Assembly (NCBI GenBank): GCA_039024555.1
Contig: JBCCQQ010000001.1
Location: 1-64,000, forward strand
Direction of reading: 5' to 3'
DNA length: 64,000 nt
DNA from: Cyanobacteria bacterium P01_D01_bin.156
Lineage (GTDB): Bacteria > Cyanobacteriota > Cyanobacteriia > Phormidesmidales > Phormidesmidaceae
Part shown: positions 59,801-64,000 of the stretch, piece after piece
How positions within the stretch are numbered: the first letter of the stretch is position 1
How the letters are laid out: every line of letters starts with the position of its first letter
Translations under genes and position numbers: made by a program
Notes under the pieces: model-generated
What the model saw: the letters and a program-made list of their open reading frames with translations, nothing else
The model's database searches: none
Told to the model about the DNA's origin: nothing

Positions 59801-62800
59801 GGTTCCCTCTGTCGTCATAGGTAAAGGTGGTGGTGTTCTCTAAGGCATCAGTTTCAGTCAGAACCTGGTTATTGGCATTGTAGGTGAAGGTGATCGTTTC
59901 ATTTTCACCATTGGTTTCAGTGAGTCGATTACCTTGCTCATCGTAGGTATAGGTTGTGATATAGCCTTGTTGATCGGTTTCACGAATGAGGTTGTTGTCA
60001 TCATCATAGGCTCGAATAATCTCCCCGCCTTGGTCATCAATCTCTCGAATAACATTGCCTCTGTCATCAAAGACAAACGTAGTGGGATTGCCAAAGGGAT
60101 CAGTGATCGTTTGGGTGGAGGCGGCTGAATCAAAATTCAGATCAAGCGCATTTCCTTCAGCATCAATAATCCGAGCGATTTGGCCTTGGTCATCATATTC
60201 AGTACGGATAGTTGTATTACCAAGTGGATTAACTATCTCGGTGAGGTAGTGAGCCCGATCAGGATTGTCATATACAAATTCTGTGGTGTGATCGGTTCGA
60301 TCCTCCACACCTACCAGGTCTCCATTGGCATCATAGGTGTACTCAATGACATTACCTTCAGGGTCAATGATTTGTTCAATGCGCCCCTGGTCATCGCGCA
60401 CAAACTGAATTGATTGCCCGGTCGAGCTGGTAATACCCTCTTCGGTATAGGTGAGGACATTGCCGTTGCGCTCAGTAATGGTTTGTAGACCTGCATCCTC
60501 CTCATAGCGATACTGGGTGCCGTCTTTCGTGGTCAGGATATATTCAGATGGGTTGTAGTTGAAGTTAAAGGGAAAGAGCCCAACCGTTGCGTCACCACGT
60601 ATGGTCAGCGGTACGTTGTCCACTACTTCCAGGGTCGCCTCCACTCCAGGATCTGGTGTAAAGTGGGGCCGGAAGTTGGCTCCTAAGAAGCTCACGGGAT
60701 TGGGCTGTGGATCAAAGGTAAAGCCGATGCGTTCACCGTCTGGGCTGGTCAGCGTCACCCGAGAGCCTACTTTGAAGGGTGTAGCTGAGAAGAAGCCACC
60801 TGTATCAGGAACCGATTCTCGAATTTGAGCATCTTGGAGATCCAAGCTCCAACCATAGCCAAAGTCGTCACTATGTTGGGTATTAAAGCTGCTATAGGTG
60901 CGGCTTACGGTAATGGGAATCCCAGTGAGCGGAATCGATAGGTCCGTAAAGGTTTGGGTGAATTCTCCAGGCTTATTCTCACTGAAGACAGCCAGCACAA
61001 CACCTTGGGTATTTATCTTGCCCCCTACATCCTTGGCTACTACTCGGAAGAAGTAGTCATCATTTGCAATGAGCCTTGGATCTATTGTGGCTAATACACC
61101 ATCCTCAAGATTGCTATCACCTTCAGCTAAGAGGATATAGTCAGGATCATTGGCTGAAGGCTGGCTAAGGTTGACTAAACTAGCGGGAGCATACTCTACT
61201 CGATAGGACACTAAGTTTTCATCTCTAACCGTTCCAATGAGCTCCGTGACTTCATCGATCACCGGATCTAACAACAGTACAGGTAAATCGGAGTCAGGCG
61301 GTACTGTTTCTACCGGCACAAAATTGCCATCCGGTGTAATCAGACGTTTTGGTCTCAATGCTTCTAGAGCTTCTTCATTAAAGGCGACAAACGGTGCTTC
61401 ATCATCGGTGGGATCGATTACCCGGATAGAGAGTGTTTCAGTATCTGTGTTGCCAGAGGTATCGGTAGCTGTCGCAACAACGTCAAAGAGGCCCGCTTGG
61501 TCAAGTGTTACTGAAGTACTGTTAATCAGGCCGTTTACTGCTGAATCAGGATTAAGAGCTAAGGCGTCACCATCAAAGGAGAGATCTAAATCGGTCAAGC
61601 CAACATTATCAAAACCTTGTATTTGTAAGTCGAGAGTATCACCTATATTGAGCACAGTACTGTTGAAACCAAGATTCACCTGGGGGGCTTCTGCATCAAC
61701 GATGGCTTCTATAATCTCTAATTCATAGCTCTGAGTTATAACGACTCCGTCCGCATCGCTAATCTGAATCTCAATTGGATAGATGCCGACAGCATTGTCC
61801 TCCCAAGTAATGAAACCATTTTCATCAATGCTCATCCCATCTGGTGCCTTAGTGAGCACATAAGTTAAATCATCATCTCCATCACTCACCACCACCACTT
61901 GGTAATGATAGAGGGCACCATTAACTACTGTTGTAGGCGGCTGAGAGATAATGTAAGGGGCCACATCATCTAAATTAACTCTGTTGTTGCCAAAGTCAAT
62001 ATTCTCTTTGATTTCACCTGCTTCTATTTGTACAGTATGAAAATCAGGAGAAAAGCTGCTTCCTGGTAAAACCTCAACTCCAATCAAGTCAAATCCTGGA
62101 GAACTTCCACGATTATCAAGCCCTACCACTCTGACAGCTGAAACCGTTTCAGTAAAACCAATAGAGGCTAAATCAAGAGAAACAACTCCACGCTCATTGA
62201 CTGTGCCAAGAAACTCAAAGTCTGTTCCATCAGAACTTACAAAAATATCAGCAAACTCGTTCGCAGAATCCTGTGGCTCAAAGCTACGAATAAAGATGTC
62301 ATCTCCTGGTCCATCAATAATGCGTTCATCGGTAAATCCGACCGTTACATAAGATCCTTGAGGAAGCGCCAACCAGTCCACCTCAGAATTGCGGCTTACC
62401 ACAGGGCTCGGTGGTGGTGGCCCAAGTATTATTTCTGGGTCAACAGATTCGATTGTAAATCCACCATTCTCCGATGTTTCTGGTGGTAATCCACCATTAG
62501 AACCATAAGGCTCAGTCAGTGGACTAGGACTGTTTCCTGCTGCAGAGTATTCCAAGATAATATCTGCATAGCCATCTCCTTGTGGTGCATTACTGCCGCC
62601 AGGAAACGTTTGTTCAAATCCTTGAGGAATAAATTCTCGAACCTGATAAACTCCAGGTAAAAGATTTGTGAAAGCATACTGTCCGGTTTCATCAATGTCA
62701 GGTGTGTCTGGATTATCTCCTGCTGTTACTTGAACTGGTTCGCCGCTATCTAATAATCCATTATTATTCTCATCCAGATAAATAGAGACACCACTTAGCC

Positions 62801-64000
62801 CCGACTCGCCCGCATCTCTGAGTCCATTATCATTATTATCTTCCCACTTTGTCCCACGAATAATTCCACCAGAGAAGTTTCCAAAATCGATATTTTCAAC
62901 AACTTCACCCGTTTCGAGAGTTACGTAATGAAAATCGGGGCTGATAATGCTATTGGGCAAACCTTGAACATTCGCTAATTCAAAACCTGGTGTACCACTT
63001 CCATTATTCAGGGCAGTAACTTTAACTGCACGAACAGGCTCGGTAAATCCAATATCGTTCAGATCTAGTGCTGTCGTTGTCCCTCCATCTGCGACTCCTA
63101 ACAAAGTAAAGTCAGTTAAATTAGAGCTGACAAATACATGAGCTTGTTCATCACGAGGGAGAAATTCAGCGATGAATATGTCATCACCAGGGCCATCAAT
63201 AATGACTTCATCGGTGAATCCAACCGTAATCGATGAATCTTTAGGAAGTACCAAAAAATCTACACTATCCAAATCATTTCCTAAAACTACATCTACGCTA
63301 ACAGGAACAATATCTCGTACTGATCTAAAGTCTGTTGACGTCCCTCCATGAGGACCAGGTAATATCCCTAGACCGCTGTCAAAGTAATCCAAAACAGTAT
63401 CAGCATAGCCATCTCCTGTTGAGGCATTTATGCTCACTGGAAAGGTTTGTTCAAATCCGTCTGGAACCACTTCTCGAACGACGTAGTTTCCTGGCAAAAG
63501 ATTCGTAAAAGCATATTGGCCTGATTCGTCAATGTCAGGTGTAGAAGGATCGTCCTCTGCCGTTACCTGAATTGGTTCATTGGGATCAAGAATTCCATTG
63601 TCATTGGCATCCAGATAAACACTCACTCCTGGTAGCCCAGGTTCCAACGAATTCTCAGGACCTCCAATGAGACCAGCAAAGGCATCTAACAGCTCGTCAG
63701 TTGACTCAAATTTACTACCATCAGGGTCTATTGCTTGAATAACGCCTGACGCGGCATCATTCCCAACACCAAAGGCCGTGAGATTGAAATTCTTGGCCAG
63801 CAGTCGCTCAACCTCATCTGTAATAGAGCCTCCTCTATTTTGGTCGCCATCGGTTAAGAAAATAACATTACCATCACTATCTTGTGTGCCAATAGTATCG
63901 AAGGTTGTTTCAACTTGTCGTAAAGCAGCTTCCGGGTTGGTTCCAGTTGTATTTCCTACGCTAAATGCTCCAGAACGAATGGATCTAAGAATATCTTCTA
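56853..64000 (-). CDS. Giant RHS/YD-repeat polymorphic toxin with vWA, SdrD-B/Cna-like and Ig-like domains (start outside the window)
   Basis: The frame stays open to 64000, where hand translation gives vWA motifs (GTNPEAAL, VIFLTDG, FGVG). YD repeats, RHS core YLRARYYDPATGRF and NNPINFIDPSG, followed by a ~145-aa C-terminal domain. Confidence 0.93.
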   Translation of the reverse strand, partial: EDILRSIRSGAFSVGNTTGTNPEAALRQVETTFDTIGTQDSDGNVIFLTDGDQNRGGSITDEVERLLAKNFNLTAFGVGNDAASGVIQAIDPDGSKFESTDELLDAFAGLIGGPENSLEPGLPGVSVYLDANDNGILDPNEPIQVTAEDDPSTPDIDESGQYAFTNLLPGNYVVREVVPDGFEQTFPVSINASTGDGYADTVLDYFDSGLGILPGPHGGTSTDFRSVRDIVPVSVDVVLGNDLDSVDFLVLPKDSSITVGFTDEVIIDGPGDDIFIAEFLPRDEQAHVFVSSNLTDFTLLGVADGGTTTALDLNDIGFTEPVRAVKVTALNNGSGTPGFELANVQGLPNSIISPDFHYVTLETGEVVENIDFGNFSGGIIRGTKWEDNNDNGLRDAGESGLSGVSIYLDENNNGLLDSGEPVQVTAGDNPDTPDIDETGQYAFTNLLPGVYQVREFIPQGFEQTFPGGSNAPQGDGYADIILEYSAAGNSPSPLTEPYGSNGGLPPETSENGGFTIESVDPEIILGPPPPSPVVSRNSEVDWLALPQGSYVTVGFTDERIIDGPGDDIFIRSFEPQDSANEFADIFVSSDGTDFEFLGTVNERGVVSLDLASIGFTETVSAVRVVGLDNRGSSPGFDLIGVEVLPGSSFSPDFHTVQIEAGEIKENIDFGNNRVNLDDVAPYIISQPPTTVVNGALYHYQVVVVSDGDDDLTYVLTKAPDGMSIDENGFITWEDNAVGIYPIEIQISDADGVVITQSYELEIIEAIVDAEAPQVNLGFNSTVLNIGDTLDLQIQGFDNVGLTDLDLSFDGDALALNPDSAVNGLINSTSVTLDQAGLFDVVATATDTSGNTDTETLSIRVIDPTDDEAPFVAFNEEALEALRPKRLITPDGNFVPVETVPPDSDLPVLLLDPVIDEVTELIGTVRDENLVSYRVEYAPASLVNLSQPSANDPDYILLAEGDSNLEDGVLATIDPRLIANDDYFFRVVAKDVGGKINTQGVVLAVFSENKPGEFTQTFTDLSIPLTGIPITVSRTYSSFNTQHSDDFGYGWSLDLQDAQIRESVPDTGGFFSATPFKVGSRVTLTSPDGERIGFTFDPQPNPVSFLGANFRPHFTPDPGVEATLEVVDNVPLTIRGDATVGLFPFNFNYNPSEYILTTKDGTQYRYEEDAGLQTITERNGNVLTYTEEGITSSTGQSIQFVRDDQGRIEQIIDPEGNVIEYTYDANGDLVGVEDRTDHTTEFVYDNPDRAHYLTEIVNPLGNTTIRTEYDDQGQIARIIDAEGNALDLNFDSAASTQTITDPFGNPTTFVFDDRGNVIREIDDQGGEIIRAYDDDNNLIRETDQQGYITTYTYDEQGNRLTETNGENETITFTYNANNQVLTETDALENTTTFTYDDRGNLIEREDAEGHITTYEYDELGLLDKLTDPLGNETTFDYDTVGNLTRIVDPTVGISLFTYDTNGNLQSFTNPLDDTYTYTVDDEGRVTSVTDPEGGVETTVYNGLGDRVTTIDALGRETEFRYNTRGLLIETIYPDSTLENLSNNPREVNEYDALDRLISTTDEAGRTTFFIYDELGRIVQTIYPDDTPAILDDNPRIQTEYFGNGLVKAEIDERGNRTEFEYDRASRLIEQTDALGNVTSFTYDDAGNQDSITDALGHTTSFIYDALGQLTETEFADGSRRTSVYNALGYVEAEIDQVGITTQFEYDPFGRLTVVVDALGNRTVYNRDLIGNIIEQIDANNHVTTFEYDGVGRRTGMTLPLDQTSETEYDLVGNVISTTDFNVDTITYEYDERNRLIAKRLPDEADELYTYTATGQLQTVTDDRGVTVYLYDERDRLVNRTEPDGRVISYTYDDAGNVRSLTTPSGTITYTYDALNRLETVSDPDGGLTTYTYDAVRNLIQTAFPNSVIETREYDPLNRLLFLENRNDDEVLSSYRYTLDPVGNRTKVEENSGRIVEYDYDALYQIERETISDAVNGNRIIEYNFDNVGNRLEHSDSLEGTTTYTYDNNDRLLTETLNGLVTKYRYDDNGNLRVKLQNGENAATYQWNAEGELVAVDIVEGGETGRIEYQYDHEGIRVSITVNGEETHFLVDKTQQEYVQVIEEYRSSDQVLASYVHGLDLVSQKQDDEHFFYQVDGLGSTRILTNLSGVATDRYIYDAYGQPLYSIEDTNNNYLFTGEQFDSETGLTYLRARYYDPATGRFTSQDPFDGYPAFPETLHDYFYAINNPINFIDPSGRVVFPEHSIKNFSLEAEVASGALSLGRAIFLLKQFSASTLRYTAGVGTPLAGIQDKVKPFLNKGGVFIRTYQTQLVGGTQGAKDFFIKFTGQASTTDYRVVKNGELVFQVLLRSSSRNPTVQINNFATRQSEIIRFVDWSQIDKVYR

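Larger units (their letters stand above)
7746..64000. mobile_element. tRNA-Gln-targeting integrative conjugative element or integrated plasmid; right boundary not seen
   Basis: att core, integrase and Xis-like gene, followed by parAB, Rep-like gene, MobF relaxase, T4SS, VirD4 and SSB. No second att copy was noticed in the window, so the extent beyond about 52 kb is inferred. Confidence 0.7.

Noticed and set aside
57494..61728. Numerous short ORFs antisense or out of frame within long genes (here and throughout the window)
   Set aside because: They are shadows of well-supported CDSs with no independent evidence.

Overview
Cyanobacterial DNA: at least 10 HIP1 GCGATCGC sites, a cyanobacterial-type T4SS, and NACHT, FGE and Roco proteins. 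Bases 1-7.5 kb hold a 5'-truncated LRR-Roc-COR gene and a secreted CBM2/RTX protein. From a 47-bp 3' fragment of tRNA-Gln(UUG) at 7746-7792 onward, the window looks like a large integrative/conjugative element, or a plasmid carrying attP. It encodes a tyrosine integrase, an Xis-like protein, a VapE helicase, small regulators, parAB with two parS-like palindromes, a Rep-like protein, a MobF relaxase with TraK/L/M-like genes, a T4SS with VirD4, SSB and two methylase-like genes. Its conflict cargo comprises two NACHT proteins, NB-ARC-TPR, AlbA_2, NTPase-HEAT-FGE, and an RHS toxin with immunity gene. Two observations stand out. (1) An ORF-less, densely hairpinned minus-strand tract of about 1.3 kb (about 25768 to 24475) has GNRA tetraloops, G-U strand asymmetry, a promoter-like start and a terminator-like end, and sits directly upstream of a very basic 213-aa gene; it is a candidate giant ncRNA-protein system. 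(2) A three-gene operon in which a small helical protein and two membrane NACHT proteins share an N-terminal RHIM-like VQIGGIAG[RQ]D motif is a candidate amyloid-signalling immune system. All family assignments come from reading motifs by eye; no database searches were run.
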